Shown here: piece after piece, positions 1-10,052 of the stretch | Position numbering within the stretch: position 1 is the stretch's first letter | Layout: every line of letters begins with the position of its first letter | Origin: Azolla caroliniana | Lineage: Eukaryota; Plantae; Polypodiophyta | Reading direction: 5' to 3' | Assembly: GCA_043228905.1 (NCBI GenBank) | Contig: JBHGNT010000008.1 | Location: 18,600,001-18,664,000, forward strand | DNA: 64,000 bases | Notes under the pieces: model-generated | Database searches by the model: none | Seen by the model: only the letters and a program-made list of their open reading frames with translations | What the model was told of the DNA's origin: nothing | Made by a program: the position numbers and the translations under genes

Positions 1-1250
1 CTTATGTGTACGATGATGGAACGAGTGATGCAGGAACAAGGGATGATGGCAAGCATCGACAAAGCCGTCGACAATATTCTCGCACGAGTAGGAATCTTCA
101 AAGGTATAAATTTAACAAGATTTCTGAAGATTTATAATGAAGAAATGCTTAAACGCGGTGTCGACGAAGCTACAAAAATTAATAGCTTTAGTCGAGTCAC
201 TGCGATTGGGCTACAAGAGAGGATCAAAGAGCTCCAGAGGGAACATCAGACATGGGCAACTTTCGAAAGAGTATTGCTAAATGAATACGACCTCAACGAC
301 ATGTCAAGGATGACAAGGAGAGCTTTCATGGATTGGGTAGAGTCTAATAAACATTTAAGTGTTTTGGAAGTATTAAAAGAGTTTTCTGAAAGATTTGAGC
401 AACTAAATGTTAGAGATAGAAATATAATAGTGCCAGATCAAGAAGCCGAAGAGTTGTTCGCCCAGTTAGGGGTAAAGATCTCCCTCACAACGGTGTACAA
501 TCTAGAGGCTAACAGGAAGATAGAGCACGGGCATGAACCGATCGTGAAGGCGTGAGTATCAACATGTGAAGGGCGAGTCGGGAATTGGCCGTGGATCCTA
601 CCTTACGCATTGTAGGCAGACCGAACCACGTATAGTTTGGTAACTGGGTTCATGCCAGCAGAGTTGATGTACGGGCAGAAGCCGATCATGCCAATGGAGC
701 GAACGATCTCCTCTTGAGCCGTTGTGGACTGGAAGGACAAGATGAGCCGGGAAGAGTTGTTGGCGTCGTGGATTCACCAGCTCGAGCGAAGACCAGAGGA
801 TGTGGACCGGGCAAAGAAGAAGCTACACGCGGCGAGGGTGAAGAATAAAGTCTGGTTCGACCGGACGGATCGGCTATGACCGAAGAAGATCGAGGAAGGC
901 GACTGGGTGCTGGTTTACGACAACAGCCTTGACAACCAACACAAGGCAGTTCATAAGTTCGCGAGGAGGTGGTTCGGGCCCTACACCGTAATGAGCGCAA
1001 ATGACAACGACACTTACCATCTCGCGGAGCTCAACGAGACACAGATAGCGCTGCCAGTAGCCGGGATGAGGATCAAGGCCTTCAAGAAGCGGCATGAAGA
1101 CGAGCCGGACCCGGGGAGCGCAGACGACGATGACGACTGGTTCGGAGCGGGCGAAGATTCGGAGGGCGACGGATGAACACGAGCCGGTTTTCTCCAGTAT
1201 TTGTTCCTTTCTGGCGCATGCTGGTGGATGCACGGTTTGGTGGGGGTGGA
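1..1250 (+). mobile_element. Element A internal region: Ty3/Gypsy (fungal-like lineage) remnant, gag N-terminus joined directly to integrase core/C-terminus; 5' end lies outside the window
   Basis: ORF 4..555 is gag-like to ~440, then integrase-like (LGVKISLTTVYNLEANRKIEHGH). Integrase C-terminus (RRWFGPY) in 907..1176. PPT-like ggtttggtgggggtgga at 1234-1250, then LTR start TGTCGT at 1251. Confidence 0.85.
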
Positions 1251-1720
1251 TGTCGTTGTCGTGAAGATTCGTCACTACGCGCGGATTGTGAGGCGGAACC
1301 GCCGGGGTTCTGGACCGGAAGGATTCAAAGTCGGTACAAGCTTTGGCGCAAGCTTTAGCGAGAAAGTACTTAAGATAGATTGGGAAAGAGAGCAGTTGAG
1401 ATTAAACGATTGAGAGAGATTGAATGAACTTTTATCTTTAGATTTAAGAAACAAGTTACTCGATCAATTTGATAACGAATTTCTTCTTCTTAATTTCATA
1501 ACAAAAAAAAAACGTTTTTTCTCGTCCCCCTTCCTTCTTTTATAGATGCTCTCATGCATATGATGCATGTGAGGGTACAAGACATGCATAAAATGCATGC
1601 TTGCCATTTGGCGCTTATGTATTACATGTGGTGCATGATAACCATGTCACTCATTTTAGCTTTCATGTATGAGAATTTACATGTAAAAGTATAATGATAG
1701 AAATATAAACTCAACTAAAT

Positions 1721-1786
1721 GGCATGGCTTAATGGTAAGCCAATTCACTCCTAGCTTGGATGTGCAAGGTTCGAATCCTTGCTTTT
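1721..1786 (+). ncRNA. tRNA-like Pol III cassette inside the left LTR of B (not a canonical tRNA gene)
   Basis: A-box tggcttaatggt in D-arm ggctt/aagcc; T-arm gcaagg-ttcgaat-ccttgc containing B-box ggttcgaatcc; followed by tttt. Confidence 0.65.
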
Positions 1787-2660
1787 ATATATTTATTTAT
1801 CTAGTCGTCGGACGCTGGTTCGTCGGATGTCGTCGGTTACCGGTGCCTCGCCGGTTGCCGCCGAATACCGGTGCGGTGCCGGATGCCGTCGGTTACCGGT
1901 GCCTCGCCGTCACCAGATACCGGTGCCGCCGTCGGATGCCGGTGTCTCACTGGCGCCGGATCACCGGCTCCATCGCCGGTCCGTTTTGGTTGGCCAAAAC
2001 CGTTTACGAGTGGTTCGTCGGACGCTGGTTCGTCGGATGTCGTCGGTTACCGGTGCCTCGCCGGTTGCCGCCGAATACCGGTGCGGTGCCGGTTGCCGCC
2101 GGATGCCGTCGGTTACCGGTGCCTCGCCGTCACCAAATACCGGTGCCGCCATCGGATGCCGGTGTCTCACTGGCGCCGGATCACCGGCTCCATCGTCGGT
2201 CCGGTTTTGGTTGGCCAAAACCGTTTACGAGTGGCTAGCCCACCTCCACTCTTAGTTCAAGTTACCTTGAACTCTCTATGCTCCACACATAGACACAAAG
2301 ATAATATCTTTTGCTCTACCTTATATATGATGAGAGCCGTATTTGTCGTGCCTATGTGGGATATCTCACAATTTTCTCTTTTCCTTTCACAAACTTTATA
2401 CTCTCATATCTTGACATTTAGTTGTCCGTTTCTCGTGTAATAAAGTGCATTCGAAACCTCCATCATTTTGTACTTAGATATTAAATTTATTTAAAATGTT
2501 ATCTTCACAATTATTGTATTATGTGATTCATACTCGATTTTGTACGTTTTATGGGATTTTCACACTATTGCCGAAAATCTTCACGACATCCACCCCCACC
2601 AAACCGCATGTCCTTCGGTACGTGCCAAGAAGAGAGAAAGTGAGATTTCGGCTACAATGA

Positions 2661-5600
2661 TCAATTAGATTCCACCATGTCTTCATTTACATCCGCCCTA
2701 TTATGTTCATCGTCGAGGTAATCGAGGTCAGGATCCTTGTCTTGTCTTTTCTTGAAAATCTTTACTCTTTTTCCCGCAATGGGTACGGCCAACCTTGATC
2801 CGTCTAGTTCCACAAGGTGGTATGTGGCATTATCGTTGGCACTTGTCACCACATACGGCCCGAACCATCTTCTTGCAAACTTCCTTGTTGTACTATGTTG
2901 ATTGTCAAGGGTGTTGTCGTAAACCAAAACCCAATCCCCTTGTTCAATCTTCTTGGGACGAAGTCGATGCGTGTTGTCGAACCGAACTTTGTTCTTTACT
3001 CGGGCTGCCTCCATCATCTTTCGCGCTTTTTCTAAATCTTCAGGTCTTCTTTCAAGTTGCCTTATCCGCGCCGCTAATAACTCTTCTCGGCTCATCTCGT
3101 TCTCCCACGGTATCGCTACCGATGAGGCGATCGTCCTTTCGATGGACATAATCGGCTTTTCTCCATACATAAGCTCCATCGGCATATACCCTGTCACCGA
3201 GCTATGTGTCGTTCTATCGGCCCACAAGGCATAGGGTAATAGTCGTGGCCAATTCCCGACTTGACCGTTGCATGCCCGTACGATGGCTTTAACGATAGGT
3301 CCATGCCCTCGCTCGATCTTCCCATTCGCTTCCGGATTGTAGGCAGTCGTGAGGGAGAGCTTCACACCTAGTCTTTCGAAGAGCTCCGTCGCTTCGTGCC
3401 CGTCCAACTCCCCTCGGTCGGCCACTATCTTCCCTACACATCCATATCGGCAAACAACCTCTTCAAGCAAAAATTTGCAAACGGCTGAAGTCGTCTTATT
3501 TGTTAAGGCTTGTCCTTCCACTTGATTTGTCAAGTCTTCCCTCGCCAGCGCTAAGTACTTCATTTGTCCCACTCCCATTGGCATCGAGAACAAATCCACC
3601 ATCCATTTGAAGTGTATGGTGAGTGGGTATGTCGGCTGTAACTCATCACGATGACGTATATTTGAATATATTTGGCAAGTTTCGCATTTGGATACAAAAT
3701 GGAGTACATCTTTGTACATGCTTGGCCACCAGTACTTCTCCTTCAACTTTCCGAACGTCGCCCATGTTCCTCTATGACCTGCCCAACCACTCTCGTGGAA
3801 TTCGGTCATCAGTGTCTCTTGCTCCTCTTTCTTTACCACCACTCGACGTGGTATTCTTGTCCTTCTTTTTGGATGTCGCCAAAGGAATCCTCCGTTCAAG
3901 AAGTATCGGTAAGCTTTCTTTCGGATTCGTAGGGCCTCCTCCTTTGTCAACGAAGCATCTGTCGTCAATGTTCTTAGGAATCTACCGATGAGTAACCACT
4001 CTCCTTCATACTCGTTCTCGTTGAAGGCGTGGAGGGTTTGCGTCTTGAAGAAGTCAAGGGCGACATGTTCATCTTCTGAAACCATGTTACTTCCATTTGA
4101 AAATCTTGCCCTCGACAGCATGTCAGCCATGGCATTCTTCTTCCCTGCACTGTGACGGATCTCTGGGTTTAAAGACTTGATGTAGGCGATCCACCTCAGC
4201 ATAGCAAGATCTGGGGTCGCACATCCCGAGACCATTCTGAGAATTGGGAGACAATCTGTCTCTATTATCACTTCTGACCCGATCAGGTAATCTTTGTCCG
4301 TCTTCATTGCCGACACAATACCCCAAAGTTCCCGCTTGACTTGGGCATATCTTTGTTGCCGTTCGCTGAGAACCTTTGCTCCGAACCGGACGACATATCG
4401 CGCATTATCTTCACCTTCTTGATTGATGTCACGTAAATTGGTTTCCCTTCGGCATAGTTGGCATTCCTTAGTGCCGGAGCTTCAAGAAGCAATTTCTTTA
4501 ATCTTCGCATCGCATTTGTGTGCTCGTCTCACCATTCGAACTTCATTCTTTTCTTTAGTAGTCCATATAACGGTTCGGCGACATGAGCGTAGTGAGGAAT
4601 CCATATATGATAAAACACGCACGCTCCAAGGAACCTTCGAACCTCCGTTTGGTTTTCGCATTCTTCTTTCATGTCTTGGATTGCGTTCACTTTGGATGGT
4701 GAGGGCTTCCGGCCGTATGCTCCACACAAGTGACCTACCACCAAGATCTCTGGTTGCCCGAATGCGGATTTTTCTCCCGAAAATGTCAAATTCGCATCTT
4801 CGAGCCTTTGAAGCACCTTCTCGCGATCTTTCATATGATCCGCAACGAACTTTCTACAACCTTCCTTATCTTTCGATTCATCTTTCTCCTCATCCGAACA
4901 TCCTTTTATCGGAATATCATCCAAGAATGGCATCGTGATGTTCGGGATGCAATCCTTCAAGACTTTATTCATGGCATTGACCATATGAGCCACCGAGTTC
5001 GTTGCGCCTTGGGGTAAGGTACACATCCGCACAAGCCCGATCGGAGTCCTCATGGTTGTAATGTCCCGACTGTCGATCGCCAATTGGAATTGGTCATATC
5101 CGGAGTAGAGATCGCCAATGGAGTAGATGGACCGGCCCGCAAACGCTTCGGCAAATTCGTCCACGCTCGGACCGATTCCGGCATTTCGAATTGTCACCTT
5201 GTTGACGGGTTGAAGATCTTGGATGAATCGCAATGATCCATTCTTCTTCGGCACCGTGAACCACCTATTGGAATAAGGAGCATTCGACGGTTCTAGAATT
5301 CCCATACTCACCTTCTCCTTTAAGAGCTCGATCAGCTTTGGAAGGTGTGCTCTCGGAACCGGTATTGGTTTCAAATTCCAAGGCACATGAGGCACCGTGA
5401 AGATCACCATCGGCTCTATAACCTTTGGGTCGGCGCATCCGATTTCTCGTGGGAAGAATGCGAAAGCTTTCCCATGTCTCTCAAGCATATCGCGAAACAT
5501 TTGCTCCTCTTCAGGGAGAAGGAAATCCTCCTTTCCAACTCGTAGCTTCCCCTTCGTCTCTTTGGTGAAGACATGACTTATCTTCTTCGGATCTCTTAAG

Positions 5601-6091
5601 CTTGGATCGTTAGCGACTTCCTTCATCTTTTGCCAGCTATCTTCCGGTAGCGGAACCGCAACTGGCTTGATCTTCTTATCCACCGTTTTATATTTCGTGT
5701 TGATGTCAGCTTCCTTCATCGAGATGCCACGACGGTATTCATCGATAATAGCGTACATGTTGACGGAGTTAACCGAAATCACGCGTTGGTTGTGAAGATA
5801 GCTCAAGTCCACGATGTCCTCGATTTCGCCGATGGTGTCGTTAAATGAGGCTTCTTCCATAATATGAGTCACAAACTCTCCTTCTTCTATTATGTTTTCT
5901 TCTTTCAGCATATTCTCGAATTCTTGTATCCGGCGCTTGTGCTTCTTGTCGGGTAGTACTAGTTTATATGCGCCACTAGGTGTGACACATGTTGCTTCTC
6001 CTCGCAATCCACGCACTCTTCTTTCTTGTGGGGTCTTGTGATTGCTCGGACTATTTGTGCCCCATGCTTCAATAGTCCGCTCTAAAAATCC
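2661..6091 (-). pseudogene. pol: pol (RT-RNaseH-integrase) of element B, disrupted around 4300-4530
   Basis: RT with PFLDDIPIKG in 4529..6016. RNase H/integrase with HHCC (FHESGWAGHRG...CETCQ), ADRGE...NGKIERGH and WFGPY in 2661..4316. Confidence 0.92.
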
Positions 6092-8286
6092 GAGGATTCG
6101 CCTCCGAGACTATCTCGATTCCTTTCATGATTGGCTCGCACCGTTAGGAATTGGACCGATCTTTGGTTGTCAAGACTCTTTATTCATGTGAAGGCTGCTC
6201 CATTATCGAACACTTTGGTCTCCATCCGCGATGATGTGATATAAGGTTTCCCTAGGATGACAGGATGCGACGCTGATTCTTGTACGAAGAAGTGTTGATC
6301 CATCTCCACATCCCCGATCGTGACTTTGATATTGGGACAAGCTCCGTACAAGTCCTCCGTAGACTTTGTTGCCGCACGAATCTTCCATCCGTGGTTTGTA
6401 TTGATTGACCATCTTCCTTTTTTGTAGAAGTCGGTTGACATGAGGTTGATCTCCGAGCCGTGGTCGATCAAGGCTACCACGGTCTCTTTCTTCTCCCCGA
6501 TCTTCACCGGCGTCTCCGTTGTCGCTCGTGCCCAATGAGGTCGAGTATAGTGGTTGTCCACCATATCTTCATCGACTTCGTCTCTTGCCATCGTTATGGC
6601 ATTCATTTTTGCTTTTTGCGGCTTCTCTTCTTCCTCGTCCGATTGTTGTCTCTTTCTCTTTACAAGGTCCACGATCGTGTCATGGAACTCCTTCTTCGTA
6701 ATGCCAAGCAATTCCCTCAAGGACAAAGTTACGTGGCTATCAAGAACTCGTTCTTCGAGAATCTTCTTTAGGTCCGTCGTCTGCTCTATGTCTGACCTTA
6801 GCTTATAGGTAGGTATAGTCCTTGTCCTCTGAGCGGGGTCTTCGACACCAACCTTCACGGGCCGAACCGTTTCTTCAACTCGTATGCTCGGCTCCCCTTT
6901 TCGGCTTGATTCTCGTTCCTCCGTTTGTAAAGGTCGACTCGTCTCCGCATCGTCCTTCTTTTTCGCGTTCCTTGTTTCATGTCTTTTTGATGGGCCTTGC
7001 TCTTCTATTCTCTTTCTCTTTTCTTCGACGAACACCTCGTGGTTGTCGCACATCACCTCTGCGAGTATGGTGTTGTCATCCACCGGATCCGACCACCCAG
7101 TTATACTTTGCACGCTTCGGTCCGCAAGCTCTACCTCGTTCGATGTGACTTTTCCCTTCTTCTCATATTCGAGAACGGAAGTCCAAAACTTTGCTCCCAC
7201 TCTAGCAGCTTCAGTCTTGTCTTTCCCGACTCTTATTCCGGCCGACGCAGCATAGTGCATCGCATCCACGTGAGTCGCATCGGCATCCTCCATAGATTTC
7301 TTCATTCCTCCTCTTCCGAAATTCACCCGTAGGGGTCTTCTAGTCTCGCTTGAGCAGATCATGTTGTCCTCTATGTATACAATATTTTGTCGAATCGCCT
7401 CTCGAAGGCTCGCACAATCCCTTCTCATGTGGTCCATGCTATCGCACCACACACATCTAAAGGGTTCTTTTCCTTTAGGGCTCCGACGATTCATGTTGGC
7501 TAGCGTGACCTTCTCGAACTTCTTCGCTAGCTCTTCAATGATGTCGTCATCAGTCTTCTTTTCTTCCACATTACTTTGTCTTGGCGGCTCAGCTACTTTC
7601 GGCAGTCTTGCTTTCTTCGTGGTAGTCGATCCCGTCAAGTCGGTGTCATCAACCCATTGGCGACGCTTGTCGAGCCTATTGCATGCCCGCTTCACCGTGA
7701 TCCAGTCCGCTACGAGCCCATTTGCTTGGGTATCATCTTCGAGAAGAGTCCCCAACTCCCGTCTATCCTTTATGTCCACGGCCTTCAAGAAGTACAAAGT
7801 CTTGTCCTCTTCAAGCAACACTTGGTCCGTATTGGGGAGACGACTAAACATCTGGTCGAATTCGTCGTACACCCTCGAGACGCTCATCTTCTTATTCTTC
7901 TTCTCTATCCACTTCGTCAGGGCATGTCGACTCATCCTCGTGGAGTCCTCAGTCACGAACTCCGCTAGTATCATTTTCTCGAACTCGAACCATGTTGTCT
8001 TACCTTCTTGAAGCTCGATGACACGTCTTTGGATGTTGTTGGCGACAACTCTCTTGAAGCTTGCGATTTGACGTGCCTCGGACACGTCCCTCTAATTCAT
8101 CTCCCTTTTATATGCATCAAGGAACTTCGTAACGTTCCTTCCATCGAATTGGCCCTCGAGCTCTACGACACGATCGACAGCCTTCTCCACGCTCGCGTCG
8201 TTGTCCCTAGATCTCATCATTTGCTCGACGATTAACATCATCCTTTCGAGCTCTCCCGCTTGGTTGCTTGAGGACGCCATCTCCAA
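6082..8286 (-). pseudogene. gag: gag-protease ORF of element B (in-frame stop at ~8092, frameshift near 6186)
   Basis: ORFs 8092..8286 and 6184..8085. Zinc knuckle CVWCDSMDHMRRDC, protease motif ALIDHGSEINLM. Original stop TAG at 6082-6084. Confidence 0.9.
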
Positions 8287-8321
8287 GTAATAATCTCGAC
8301 TTGATCCTTCCTACCGCCTCT

Positions 8322-8339
8322 TTCACGTCGGGTTCACCA
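8322..8339 (-). promoter_or_regulatory. Primer-binding site complementary to the 3' end of tRNA-Trp (element B)
   Basis: Plus strand ttcacgtcgggttcacca matches, from memory, the 3' 18 nt of plant cytosolic tRNA-Trp(CCA) including CCA. An identical PBS is at 50281-50298. Confidence 0.85.
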
Positions 8340-8807
8340 CTTAATTATGTCGTGAAGATCCATCACTACGCGCGGATCGTGAGGCGGAACCGCCGGGGTT
8401 CTGGACCGGAAGGATTCAAAGTCAGTACAAGCTTTGGCGCAAGCTTTAGCGAGAAAGTACTTAAGATAGATTGGGAAAGAGAGCAGTTGAGATTAAACAA
8501 TTGAGAGAGATTGAATGAACTTTTATCTTTAGATTTAAGAAACAAGTTACTCGATCAATTTGATAACGAATTTCTTCTTCTTAATTTCATAACCCAAAAA
8601 AAACGTTTTTTCTCATCCCCCTTCTTTTATAAATGCTCTCATGCATATGATGCATGTGAGGGTACAAGACATGCATAAAATGCATGCTTGCCATTTGGCG
8701 CTTATGTATTACATGTGGTGCATGATAACCATGTCACTCATTTTAGCTCTCATGTATGAGAATTTCCACGTAAAAGTACAATGATAGAAATATAAATTCA
8801 ACTAAAT

Positions 8808-8874
8808 GGCATGGCTTAATGGTAAGCCAATTGACTCCTAACTCAGAGGTGCAAGGTTCGAATCCTTACTTGCC
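8808..8874 (+). ncRNA. tRNA-like Pol III cassette inside the right LTR of B
   Basis: ggca...tgcc closing stem, D-arm ggctt-aatggt-aagcc, ctcctaa anticodon-loop-like heptamer (stem poorly paired), T-arm aagg-ttcgaat-cctt. Confidence 0.65.
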
Positions 8875-9454
8875 CTCCTTGTATATGTATATATATATTT
8901 ATATATTTATTTATCTAATCGCCGGACGCCGGTTCGTCGGATGCCATCGGTTACCGGTGCCTCACGGGATGCTGTCGGATGCCGCCGCCGTCAGTTACCG
9001 GTGCCTCGCCGTCGCCGGATTGTCGTCGGATGTCGGTGTCTCACTGGCACCGGCTCCATCGCGAGTCCGGTTTTGGTTGGCCAAAACCGTTTACGAGTGG
9101 CTAGCCCACCTCCACTCTTAGTTCAAGTTACCTTGAACTCTCTATGCTCCACACATAGACACAAAGATAATATCTTTTGCTCTACCTTATATATGATGAG
9201 AGCCATATTTGTCGTGCCTATGTGGGATATCTCACAATTTTCTCTTTTCCTTTCACAAACTTTATACCCTCATATCTTGACATTTAGTTGTTCGTTTCTC
9301 GTGTAATAAAGTGCATTCGAAACCTCCATCATTTTGTACTTAGATATTAAATTTATTTAAAATGTTATCTTCACAATTATTGTATTATGTGATTCATACT
9401 TGATTTTGTACGTTTTATGAGATTTTCACACTATTGCCGAAAATCTTCACGGCA

Positions 9455-9968
9455 TCGTGAAGAAAACCGGCCTTAAGAGGAATTGGAGGATGAAGCAGGT
9501 GAACGACCTTTACATGGGGATGCGTACATTACTAACTTTGTACATGACTAGGAGTAGGTCGACGCGATGTAAATATACTAGGAAGAATATATTTATTAAC
9601 TAGAAAATCGAAGTGTGTCTCTCCCAAAAGGGACAGAGAATAAAGAGGATGAAAGCAGGATGTGACAGTCGCTCCCCAACAACATATAAAGGGGAGGGGG
9701 AGGAGGCTGAAATGTTACCGGTATGACGGTGAGCAACCGAACCGGCAAGCAGTGGAGGCCGGGTGCAATCCGTAATCGGCAGTCCAATCGGAAGCCTAGA
9801 ATAGGATAGACTACTAGGTATCTATAGTCTCGTAGTAAGTGTCAGATGCTCGTGTGAGCATTGAAGTACATGGTACTTCTGTCAGTCCCAAGAGGACTTG
9901 TATAAATAATGCTACTTAGCACAGTGTGTATGAGCAGAGTCTTTATATAATTTTGGAAATTACGTTCT

Positions 9969-10010
<42 letters not shown>

Positions 10011-10052
10011 GTTCTCTGTTTTACGCTTCCGCGAACACTTACGTTTACAACA
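9455..10052 (+). repeat. 3' LTR of element A (its first bases, 1251-1256, are split off by insertion of element B)
   Basis: Removing B restores TGTCGTGAAGAAAACCGG. TATA box tataaata at 9901, (CT)n tract, degenerate terminus tttacaaca at 10044-10052. Confidence 0.75.

Larger units (their letters stand above)
1257..9454 (-). mobile_element. Element B: full-length degenerate Ty3/Gypsy LTR retrotransposon, tRNA-Trp primed
   Basis: LTRs 1257..2588 and 8348..9454 (TGTCGTGAAG...CTTCACGACA/GGCA), 4-bp TSD tcgt (1253-1256 and 9455-9458), PBS 8322-8339, PPT 2589-2605, gag-PR then RT-RH-INT on the minus strand. Confidence 0.95.

Noticed and set aside
1721-1786. Functional tRNA genes at the LTR cassettes
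   Set aside because: Acceptor and anticodon stems are incomplete, so these are called tRNA-like only.
1732-2440. Overlapping ORFs in the B LTR (similarly 13899-14508 and 46532-49993)
   Set aside because: By-products of GC-rich, stop-poor repeats; no recognisable domains apart from the J gag.
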